Shown here piece by piece: positions 25,528 to 36,469 of a stretch of DNA of 64,000 nucleotides. This stretch comes from Sphyrna mokarran. Lineage: Eukaryota. Positions within the stretch are counted from its first letter, which is position 1. Each line of letters opens with the position of its first letter. The position numbers were made by a program, and so were the translations under genes. The notes below the pieces were generated by a model. It did not search any database and was not told the DNA's origin. It saw only the letters and a list, made by a program, of their open reading frames with translations. The stretch is taken from assembly GCA_024679065.1 (NCBI GenBank), contig JAGIQG010000011.1, positions 57,164,001-57,228,000 on the forward strand, in the 5' to 3' direction.

Positions 25528-25745
25528 TGTGTGTGTGTGTTTTTTGGGGAGGGTGTGTGTTTTGGGGGATGGTGTTTGCTTTTTTGAGGGAGTGTGTGTG
25601 TATTTTGGGGAGTGTATGTGTTCTTGGGGGATAGTGTGATTTGGGGGAAAGGTGTTTTAGGGAGGTGTTTTTTGGGGGGGGGCAGTGTGTATATATTTGG
25701 GGACGATGTGTGTGTTTTGAGGAAGTGTGGGCTGGTGGATGGGAA
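25528..25745 (+). repeat. G/T-rich low-complexity tract upstream of plus-strand exon 1
   Basis: Degenerate repeats of gtgtgtgttttgggga; almost no C on the + strand. Confidence 0.85.
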
Positions 25746-25749
25746 GCTG

Positions 25750-25920
25750 CTGAGACGATGCTGGCTGGAGCTGGGCGGAGATGTTGCAGGGAGACGTACC
25801 GACTGTGCGATTGAAAGGGGGAAGCCATCAAACATGGCGACAGCTGCAGTCTGCTGCCCCCTTCTCCTGAAGAGCCACCGCTGACCGACGCCTTGTTCGA
25901 CATGCGTTCCTTCACAAACT
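25750..25920 (+). other. Putative exon 1 (5' leader) of an unidentified plus-strand gene with two uATGs
   Basis: CpG-rich; YY1-like aaacatggcg at ~25830; uORF MATAAVCCPLLLKSHR* (25834-25884); second ATG at 25902; donor ACT/gtaagg at 25921. Start position approximate. Confidence 0.7.
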
Positions 25921-26600
25921 GTAAGGGGGAGATTTAAAGAAAAAAAACTCCAGAAACAAATTATATTTTAATGCAAATGAATAGTGATAAAGGACATTGA
26001 TGCTTTACCCGTGCCGCAGACCGATCAATATGTTTGCTCCGGATCCCAGCGACCATCCTTGTCCCTTTACCTTGGCGAGGCGGATGCTTGGTGCCAGGGC
26101 TGGGTAAACATATTTTTCACCAGTGTGGTGAGCCAGGCTGGCAACTTCGAGGCATCTGTGTGTGTGTGTGTGTGTGTTGAAGCACCTCTGATGGCCGCTC
26201 AGATAGTCTGTACATTTTTTTTATCTCCACCATTTGAATGACTTATGTTGACAAAATATTTTCTAGGGCAGGGAGGAAGAAAAAAAAATCAGTCAACATT
26301 TGATGTAATCTTCTGGGGAACAGCGCCTTGTTTTTTTCTCTCTCAGCGCCACTGTCACGTTCAGTTGTCTCAAAATATGGAAGATGTTTCCCACAGTCTG
26401 TAGGTAAAGGTTGGGTTTTATTTACTGCTATTCGCCATATCGGTTTGGGGTTGTCTTGGTCATTTATATGCGGTGCGTTTTCAGTTAAAATACTATCACC
26501 CTCTCTGTCTGGTTTCCTCCTGCCTAGTTTTTGTGGCAAATAAAAGACTCGGTTCACCATTTAGGCGAATTAGCACGAGCCATTAGGAATCTTGAGTTAA
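25750..26600 (+). promoter_or_regulatory. CpG-rich promoter and first-intron region (plus-strand gene)
   Basis: Elevated CpG and GC; no transposon fragments. Confidence 0.7.
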
Positions 26601-27668
26601 TAATATTTTGTGCTGATTTAAAGTCAGCCAGGGATCGAATAGAATAGGAGGAGACATTTGCAAGAGCTTATGTTGATATTTTTTGTAGTGTGGATCATTA
26701 TTATAGGCATGTCGAATTTACATCCATCGAAAGCAATTATTGAAGTTAACAGGTTTCCTTGAGGAACTTGAGTGTTTTTTTTTTACTTATAAAAAGGCAG
26801 TGATGTAAATATATGTCGTTGGGATTAAGTGTGATCATGTCTTTGCCATTTGGGGGCATTCTCCAGGTGGGATGCTGTGAAGGTTTAACTAGGATGCTGG
26901 ATGATGTTTGATCTTGCCGTCCTTTTTTCCCTCCCTGTTAAAGCGAACATGTGAAATCAGTCCCTTCATTTAATGTGGAAACCATCACATTTTATATGCT
27001 ATCGTCATCCACGGCGAGAGATGCAGAGAGAAAATTCTAGCACCAACTAGCTCAGCTCTTCAAAGCACGCATGGGCAGGCTTCAAACAAAACAATGATAA
27101 ATTTGAGTCTGATTTTGTGTTGGGGGAATGGAAGAATGACCACGTTTTTAGTTTGGATCAACAGGCTACAATTCAGAATATTCACCTGTTAACATTCTCA
27201 GTGAAGCAGAACTAATGATTCCAAAAACAGAAATTGAATGTCATCGGATATTTATAAAGCTGCAATTCCAGTGATGGCCCATTGAATAATTAACAGATAA
27301 TTGCACATCTTTAGTTCTTTAGTAGTAAACCATTTTTTAAAAATACATTTTGTTTAAAAAAAACATGTTGGATTCCTGCAGAATATATGCCAATGTAAAA
27401 GGGGCAGAGTTTCCTCCCTCCTGTGCTGATTTGGTCCACGCCATCTAAGTTAAACTGACTGAACCTGGGAAATTTTTAAACTTAAGTTTTAATGCCACAG
27501 GTAGATCGGTTTGCCATGACCTGTGTTTGTTTAAAAAGCAATTTAGCCTGAACTTGGTGCTATCGACAAACATGGCCCCACCCTCGGACTGAAGTAACTA
27601 GAGTGGTGAACTTCCACCAACTGTGATCGTTTGAAGAGGGTCTTTAAAAGTTATTTCTTTTATTTTAG

Positions 27669-27689
27669 GATTGAAAGCATCAGCAGTAG
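27669..27689 (+). other. Putative 21-nt microexon GATTGAAAGCATCAGCAGTAG
   Basis: Strong acceptor ttatttcttttattttAG and strong donor TAG/gtatgt. Confidence 0.6.
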
Positions 27690-29679
27690 GTATGTGTTGA
27701 AAAGCCTCGCACATTTAAAAAAAATAACTTGCTAGGGAACTGACTAGTGCAACCGATGATACTAATAAATGATTCTGCATAGCTTTCTTTATGTTTTTTT
27801 AATGGTTTAAACTAAATTATTGATTGACAGAGGACCTACCTTACTAAAATTGCTTTTTTTGAAAAAATTGTTTTGGGAAGAATATATTAGTTAATCACTC
27901 AAATCAATGAATATTCGTTAAAGCAATTAAAAGATTATGGCCTATTACACTGTATGGTTAATGGACAGAAAATATTCACTTATGATTGCAATTCATTTTA
28001 GCAGAATCTTGAACAGCAGCCTCATGCAAAAGAATTTCAAGTGTAATTTGTGCCCAGTTTTCTAAATTGTCCAATTTAAAGTAGGAACTTACACCTCCTC
28101 CCCCCAAACCTGGCCAGCTGAATGGAGAACCAGCAATATTTACTGGCCCATAAGTGGGTTTGTGATGTTAGAGTTCATAGCAAACAAATCCAAAAAGCAA
28201 TTATAAGTGTGGTATTTAGTTAATAAAATCAATTTTTTTGGTGAAAATCTTGGAATTACTTTCCTAAAGACACCGTATGGTCTGCAACAGTTCAAGAAAG
28301 TGGCTCACCTTCTCGGGGGCAGTTAGGGATGCACAATAAATACTGACCTAGGGAGTGAGGGCCAGGCACTGAGAGGTAATTTTTAAAAAAGTACTTTTCT
28401 ATGTAAATTAGCACGGTACACTACTTCCTTCACTTTAGTGAAATTTGTGCGTCTTTGAATTTCTATGTGTTTTTCATTTGGGAAGCAAATTTCCTTGTCT
28501 ATTTCCAGCAAGAACGTGTTGTTTAGAAGGTGATTGTATGTGCACGTAAGAGAGGCCTGATGTTAAAGAAGTTGTCATGCAACGCTGCACCTGCCATAGT
28601 GTTCAAGGGCAATAAGAATGATGGAGGAAGTCAGACCAGTAAAATAAAAATGTATCATAGATAAGAGCTGGGTGGGATTACAAATGCAGAGAATGTCAAG
28701 AAAAGAGTGATGGAACAAGAGAGGCCTTGGCAAAGCTTTCATTAAATAGGTCCTACAGAATAACAGAACGTTTTATACCAAGATAATTAAAATAATTTGA
28801 AAGAATTATGACGTTGCTGACAATGTTGCAGCATAAAAAAGTCAACAATTGATGCATTCAAATTGATGCAGAATAGAAAAATATTCTTAACTTGTACAAA
28901 CATTTGATAAATCCTGCAAAATGATCTGATCTTACATGATCTAAAACACAAGCTTAGTTATGTTGTTAACACATTTACAGATAATATGTTTACTTTAAAA
29001 TTTTTCTTGCACGCAACATTAGTGGATTACTTACAGATGTGTACACATTTTTGTTGCTTGTACTATAAGAACCAACACAATTCCTCTTTAAAATTGGATA
29101 CTGCAATCATTGAATTTGTTTGCATCTATGAAGAGTTTTCACTATCATCCTTAGTAGATCCTCTGCTTGATTTGACTACAGTAAGTTACTTGTGCATTTA
29201 CTCTAAAAATGGATAAACACTCACTGATAAGATAGAAATCTGATACAATTATGTGAAATTGTAGCCAATACGAAGTAAACCTGCCTTAAATTCAATAAAA
29301 CATGATATATCCAAGGATAAGGATTTAGTGGTGTGTTTGGGCTTAAAACTGGAAAGGGCAGATAACAAATATAAAGCAATTCAAAAATAGCTAATTACAT
29401 GCAGTGAAATATATATACAGAATTTTCATATATAATGGAATTAAACATAACTGTCAAGTTCCTCAGAATTTATGGAGAATGTCCAAGCATAGGGTCCATA
29501 TTGTTTGTTTCACTCAGATAATTAATTGAAACAGTTTATGTACATTTTCTTCCCCTTAAAGTGAACATTGATGCTTTACAAAACATATCAATTTCAATTA
29601 ATGGGAAAGTACTTCATTTCAAGGTAAAATGTATATGATAATTACATCCCTTGATGAAAATCATTCTATTCTGCAATGC

Positions 29680-29872
29680 TAGTCACTGTCTTTGTGTGGA
29701 GTTTGCACGTTCTCCCTGTGTTTGCATGGGTTTCCTCCCCACATCCTGAAAGATGCACTGGCTAAGTGCATTGGTCCAAACAGGCGTAGACGTGTGGCAC
29801 TTAGGGGAATTTCACACGAACTTCATTGCAGAGTTAATGTAAGTCTTACTTGTGACTAATAAATAAACTTTA
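29680..29872 (+). mobile_element. V-SINE variant with (AATA)n-type tail
   Basis: V-domain gtgtggagtttgcacgttctccctgtg followed by ttaatgtaagtcttacttgtgactaataaataaacttta. Confidence 0.8.
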
Positions 29873-31369
29873 GTCTCCAGCTTCAAAGGTAGAAACTAAT
29901 TTCTATGAATAGTAGAATTTGGTGCATAAGATTGCACATAGAGCAGTATTTTTAATTTAAATATTAAAAGATGCAACCAGAATTGGAGGAAGTATTTCAA
30001 TGAAGAAATACAGTTGTATCTTATAAAGAACTTAAATTGTATTAACATCATTAATGAGATAATATGCACATTGTTCATAAATATGCGCTTATCTGAACCT
30101 AATTTAGCATTTTATGATAGCCAAATGAGGTTTAATCTTAAATGTGCTCAGAAAAAAATCATTCAGATTGCAGGTTTTGAAGCCTGTCCATTATGTAGTT
30201 CCACAAAAGAAAAAGAAGTGCTTAATTATCAGAAAATAACTAACAGAATGTAGAAGAGTTAGAGATTCCTTTAGTTGCCTGGTAAACACTATTTTTTGTG
30301 ATCATAAACATGTCACAGTGAAAAATATAGTTATGACTGAAAAATCTTAACTTTTGTGTTTATGATGTAAACTTTGTGGAGCAGTTAATGGCAATTTTAT
30401 TTTTTTTTCTGTGATATAAACTAATAATGAATGGTTCCTTTGCTTTCCTGATTTTTGTTATTTGGATCAATTTAAGGGAAAACTATGTAGATCAAATGAA
30501 TCTTCAATTAATGGTTAAAAAAAGCCCAAAGAAAAAAGATTCTTTATTTGCAAAATAATCTAGGATATTTACCTGAATTGGGGAATGTCATGTTATGCTA
30601 AAGATTTTATAAAGTTATTTGAGTTTCTGTTGGAACCAGTATCTTTATTGTAGATATATATTGATATTAATTGGTTAATTGCTGCATATACTGCATGTTT
30701 TGAATACCCTTGCTTAACCATGCATTACACAATGCATACATTATTAATTAAGTGGTTTGCAGATATACATTCAGGAAGCAAAATCTAATGCAGAATGTTA
30801 CAGTCAATGGCTTCCAGGAAGTGCATTGATATCAATAAATTGGCATTGTTCTTCTGTTTTCAGGAATATATAAGTTTCACATGGCAGACTTAATGCATTA
30901 ATATACTGTCCCTTTTAAATTTATTCTCAGCATGTTGGTGATGCTCATGAGATTGCATTTATTGCTTTTAACTGGAGGCAGTAGTAGTGAGCCTTTTCCT
31001 CAAAGTAACACAATTCTTTTGTTGATATTGCTTTTGTGGTGGTGTTAATCAGGAGTTCCAGGGTGTTATTTTTAAAGACCAAAATTATCCAAAAATTATG
31101 TTCTTTAAAAATATAGTTCTAAAGTTCTTGTGCCCAATAATGTACTTAAAATCCAGGTTGAGGAATGCACAATTTATCCTTCATCTTGTTCTTTATAAAA
31201 TGCTCCTGGATCAGATATCTTCTTTTCAGTTATCAATCCCTGAAGGCATTTATTCACTGAACCACATTTAAGTGCTATTTTTTTTTACCATGATTAGGGT
31301 GAGGAGGCAGGTCCCAAGTCCCCAGAACACAAATCAAACTCTTTGCTGTTGCTGTTAATCTACATACAG

Positions 31370-31860
31370 GAAATGGCAATTGGAGTACCCCATAAGATCT
31401 ATCAGATCTGCTTCCCCAGTCAGTCTGATCATGGCTAATCTTGGGACTTCCATTCCACTTTTTCACCCACTCCCTAGATCCCTTAATTCCCTAAGAGACC
31501 CAAAATCTGTCTATCCAAGTGTTAAATGTTTTCAAAAATGCATCAACAGTCCTCTGGAGTAGGGAACTACAAAATTTATAACCACTTGAGTGAAGTAATT
31601 TCTCCTGATCTCAATCCTAAATGATTAGTTCCTTATCCTGCAACTGTGTCTTAGATTCCCTGAGCAATGGAAACAGTCTTTTAGCATCTACCCTACAAAA
31701 TCTCTTCAGAAATGTATAGGTTTCAATGAGATCATCGCTCCTTCTTCTAAACTCCACAGAATATAGACCTAATTTGCTCAGCCTTTCGTCATAGGAAAGC
31801 TCTCCCCATTCCTGGGACCAGTTTAGTGAACTCTCACTGTACCACTTCCAATGAAAATCT
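31370..31860 (-). mobile_element. CR1-type LINE 3' portion
   Basis: ORF 31617-31874 contains LSYDERLSKLGLYSVEFRRRSDDLIETY, a CR1 ORF2 C-terminal motif. Confidence 0.9.
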
Positions 31861-32076
31861 AACCTGATCCACATGCTAGCTCTCGAGCCAATTCAGCTAA
31901 TTGCCCCCCAGATTAGATATAGCATGAGTCAAATTCAGAGTTGGTACACTTCTTCAAAAATGTATCCCAATCCTGATGATGGTGATGCTCCCCTAAGGCT
32001 TTCTTGAGTATGCAGTTCAGTGATGTGAATTTATGTCCATTTAAGAACTGCGTTAAAACCTTCTAATTTCACTTAG

Positions 32077-32193
32077 GTTCCCACGAAGATCCATCCATTA
32101 GACTAGAACAGTTTCACATTGAAATAGGCAAAGAAATTGATCAAGCTTTCCAATTTCTGAGATGATTATAAGAAGAAGTTTGGTAGTGGTCAC
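32077..32193 (+). other. Putative leader exon of the plus-strand gene
   Basis: Branch-like ttctaat plus acceptor ttcacttAG; unique sequence; donor candidates TTG/gtagtg (32183) or CAC/gtaatt (32194). Confidence 0.45.
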
Positions 32194-33479
32194 GTAATTT
32201 TTATTCTATAACATATCAAACACCCGATCTTGATATCCTGACAGTTTATGAAAGATTTAGGAGGTTCACCAGTCATTTGCTTTTGTCGTAATGAACAGTA
32301 TGAAAAGCTTGGAGGGGATCCAGTTATAACTGTGCTGATCCTTATAACTAACAGTATGAGAATTCAGTAGACAACACTTAGCAAAGGGAGACTTTTTTGG
32401 CAATGTGGAATTTTTTTACTAAAGTAGAATTTGAGGACATTGTAACTTTGTTTACTTCAGGGTAGAAAAGAAAACAGTGATTGAAATAAATGTTCCCATT
32501 CTAAAAATTGTTAATTAGTAATGAAATACACAGTTTGCACATCACTGCTTATTAGGTTAATGAACTCAGAAGTTTAACTGTATGTTTAGGTCTTAGGGCT
32601 ATCTGTTTATGGCATAATTGTGATTTTTTTTTGAAAATACAAATAGTAAATTAACTCAGAAACCAATAGGTAAGTTGAGCCATATATTTCTTCATTTTTT
32701 TTATCTTAATTTCAGAATATATTTTATACTTCCATGTCAAATTGGCAGTAATTGAACACAGGAAAAAAAATGCCAATTTGGAAATGATAGTTATGAATGT
32801 TGAATCTAAGTCAAAAATGTATAAGGCAAGAAAAATGTTGGATGATAAATTTTCTGGTATGGAGTATAATATAAAAAATAATTTTCAAACATCTGATGAG
32901 ATCCGTGGAGACATTACAAAATAATAATATAAAATTACCAATTAAAAAAAATCCGAATAGCAGGAAAACCAAATTGATAGAAGATGGGACATTGTTGCAC
33001 ATTCATCATGTGTCTGTCAGTTCTGAAAATTTGCCATTTGAAAGTTTGCCATTCAGAAGAAGACAATAATTTAAGTTCATGTTGTGATGAAAGGTCCTTT
33101 TAAGTGCTAATTATCAACAAGCTTTTGAATGACCGATAGAGTCACTGCTCACAAAGAGTATTTCAGTCTATCAGGAGCATAATAACTAAAAAGATGTATA
33201 TGTCTAAAATTTTCACAGACAGATAATTATATGATGTAGTAACATAATATAAAATACATAAAAATCATTGCTTTGTAATAATTAAAATTGGAAAAATAAA
33301 AAAAGTCAATGTCAAATTAAAAATAAACTTTCATCACCACGTATTGTATAAATATGCAGTAGGTGATGGTCATTTTAGTTTTAGTAATTTTATTTATTGC
33401 AGTACAACAACACTTTTTACCTTTAACTATGATGCAACACTCAGTTCAAAATACTTATTTATAGATGACATGCATTGAC

Positions 33480-33750
33480 ATGTTAATATTTGTTATGTCA
33501 TTTGTGGGATATGGGCATCAGTGGCAAATCTGGTAGTTACTTTCCATCCCTGATTACAGGTGATCAAGAGTCTTCTGGAACTGCATCAATCCACGCAATT
33601 TAAGGTGTCACCACAATGCTGTTAAGTGGGAAATTTCATAATTTGGACACAGCAGTAGCGAAGAAAGAGTAATATAGGTCTGAGTCAGGATGTGCGACTT
33701 GGAGGTGATGCTGTTCCAATGCACCTGATGCACTTGTCCTTTTAGATCTG
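33480..33750 (-). mobile_element. 3' end of the CR1/L2-group LINE family seen at 61.4-63.8 kb
   Basis: tttgtgggatatgggcatcagtggcaa...ccatccctgatt...ttccaatgcacctgatgcacttgtccttttagatctgg is the reverse of that family's terminus. Confidence 0.65.
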
Positions 33751-33921
33751 GAATGTTAAGTTTATGGCTCATGAACGGTTTCAGCTAAGATTCAGTTTCA
33801 TCTGGTTTCTGTGTGCAATGCTTAAGATTGTCCTGTGATCTGAAATGAGATATAAATCTCTTTGGTATTACTTCTCAGAACCTGGGAGAACTGTGCTTTT
33901 AAATTTTGGCCCCTATTCGCA

Positions 33922-35170
33922 GAATCATAGAATTATTACATCACAAAAGGAGGTAATTTGGCCCATCATGTCTGCACCACCTTTCAGAATGAGCATTTTG
34001 CCTTGTTCCATTCTCCTGCTTTCTCCCCATAACCCTGCAAATTGTTTGAAGAAAAACAATCAGCTTAATTCCCTCTTGAATGCCTCTATTGAATCTTCCA
34101 TTTATTGTCAACATTTTTCTTGCCTTATAACTTTTCACTTAGATTCAATACTCTATCATGCTTTCAGGCAGTGCATTTCCTTTCCTAACCACTCCCTGTG
34201 AAAAAGTTTTTTTTTCTCTTGTTGCTTTTGTTTCTTTTACCAATTACCTATGCTCTCCGATTCTTGACCTCCCCAACAATGGGAACATTTTCTACCTATC
34301 TACCCTGTCTGGGCCCCTAAAAATTTTGAATGCTTTTATCAAATTTCCTCTCAGCTTTCTTTTCTCTAAAGCAAACTGGGTTCCACAGGAGACATCCAGG
34401 GGTTCCCTGGTAGGTCTGGCCATTTTACATTTGAAGAAAATCTGTCTTTCCTGTTTGTCCAATTGAAAGCAGCTTTCACTCTGCATTGGCTACTATCAGC
34501 AGCTGATGCACTAAGAAGCCAATCTCTGATCGGACAAGCTGGAAATAGCAAAGTGAATATTCAGAGAGGTAGGGAAGGACAAGAATGGGCAGTGAAACAA
34601 AGGCAAGTGAAGAGTGGAGTGGATAGTGGAGTGAAAGCAGTGAAAGAGGCAGTGGCCATGAGAAAGGGAAGAGAGAAAAGTGACCATTGGGCAGGGGAGA
34701 AATGGCCATGGAGGGAAGCAGCAGCTATGAAGCAAAGGAGAGTGTGAGAGAGGTATGTGTGTCTGTGTGTACGTGTGTCTGTGTGTGTGTGTGAAAGAAA
34801 GGTGAGAATGTGAGTGTGTATTTGTGTGTTTGTTTGTGAGAGAGATGTGATGTGTGTGTGAGAGGAGGAAGGAGACAGGTGTGTGAAAAAGAGAACAGTG
34901 GGAGAGGGAAAGCTTTTGCATGTTTGTATCTACTGCGCAGAACCAGTCAATTTTTTTGTGCTTTTTGTCAAAAAAGCTGCGTAGTGGGAAGAGTTTTAAG
35001 AATTCTGCTCTAAGGAAAAGAGTTGTATATTCTTCAGTCTGTCTTCAAAATTAAAGTTTCTCATCCCTGAAATTATTCTTGTAAATCTCTTCGGTACTCT
35101 CTGCAATGCCTTCATATCCTTCCTAAATTGCTGTGTCCAGGTGTGCAATTCCAAGATGTCAATTACCCCT
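33922..35170 (-). mobile_element. CR1 3' portion split by an unclassified insertion
   Basis: Tail agaatcatagaatt; minus-strand FALEKRKLRGNLIKAFKIFRGPDRVDR left of the insert and ALQRVPKRFTRIISGMRNFNFEDRLK right of it. Confidence 0.85.
34370..35000. mobile_element. Unclassified non-autonomous element with internal GT/GA microsatellite and terminal hairpin
   Basis: Interrupts CR1; (GT)n/(GA)n-rich tract ~34740-34910; inverted repeat tactgcgcag...ctgcgtagt near the right end. Confidence 0.55.
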
Positions 35171-35189
35171 CCCATGAAGTGACTGGAAA

Positions 35190-35930
35190 TGAGACCGGCT
35201 GATGAAGGGGAGATTACAAGGCAGGAGATTGGTGATGTGTGGTAAGGAGACGAGGGCATATCGGATTAGGACGGTGTTTGGGAGATAGAGATGAAGACTG
35301 AGCAGTGTTAAATTGATTGAAACTGGGAAGACTGGGATGGGGTTCAGCTTTGGGCATGGGGGTGTCAGGAGTCAGACTGGGACAAGAGCCAAGAGCCAGA
35401 GATTGGGATAGAGGTGAGGTGGAATGGGGGCCAAGATGATGGGAAGAAGATATAAGTGATCAGGCATCAGGGACTAGAATTAGTGGGGTAAGGAGCCAGA
35501 GATTGGAATGATAGGGGAATGATAGGAATATCAAGAGCTTGAGGTGGGATGAGGGAATTCAGGAGCCAGAGATTGTAATGGGTGAGGGTGGGAAGTGTAG
35601 AGGGAGATGGGGGTGGAAGTGAATGGCGAGAGAGATGGATGTTGGGAGTCAGGTGATTGAGAGACAAATCAGGAATCTGGAGATTGGGACATTGTGGAAA
35701 CAGGGGATGGGTGAGTCAAAGCTAGAGACAGGGCCTTTCAGGTGTTGGAATTAGGGGTGATGGGAGGAATGGAGTTTGAGAATCAGTTTGTGACTCGGGA
35801 TTGGGGTATCAGTGTGTGGGGCATGAAGAGAGAGATGGCTGGATATGGAGGCCAACAATTAGTGGAGAGGTGTGAATAGTGGCAGCAACGTGTTGAGTGG
35901 GAATGATGCCTAGAAGGGAAGCAGCGAGTA
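35190..35930 (+). repeat. G/A-rich low-complexity tract
   Basis: Strongly purine/G-skewed, with recurring ggagccagagattgg-like words; a similar tract lies at 55530-55990. Confidence 0.6.
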
Positions 35931-36469
35931 TATAATGTCAGGACCTAAATGTGCATCAATAAAGTTTGGTTAGTTCATTGATAGGCAAATGGAGAACATG
36001 AGAACAGAGATCCAGGATTGTACTGTTCGCAGGGAAAAATCGCTAACACCAGTACGTGAATGAGGGCAATTACGCACTGTAATATTGTGTAACTGGGAAC
36101 AGCAGCAATGGACCCCTGCATTCCATAGAAGGGAAATAAAAGGAAGATTATCAGCCTTAATTGCTGTTTGGACTGTTGTAGGGCTGGAAAAAATAGAGAA
36201 TATGCTCATGTATTTTGCCAAATGTGTGCTGAAAAGATGTAGGACCCTTCTTCACATATTTTACTCAATCTAGTACTGACTTCAGGCAGCCATCCATTAT
36301 TCATATCAATGATGCAGGACTTCATGCTCAGAAATTGGTACGGATTGCATTTGTTTTACAACCAAATAATGTTGATGGAATGTGGTCCAAGCCAACGGTC
36401 ATCCTGTTAGATGAGGCCTATCAGGTAATTTAAGTCTAACAATCCTGTTATATGTGGTGGAGATCATGA

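Noticed and set aside
25406-25915. 169-aa and overlapping ORFs
   Set aside because: Produced by the low-complexity G/T tract; H/T/P-rich translation with no domain
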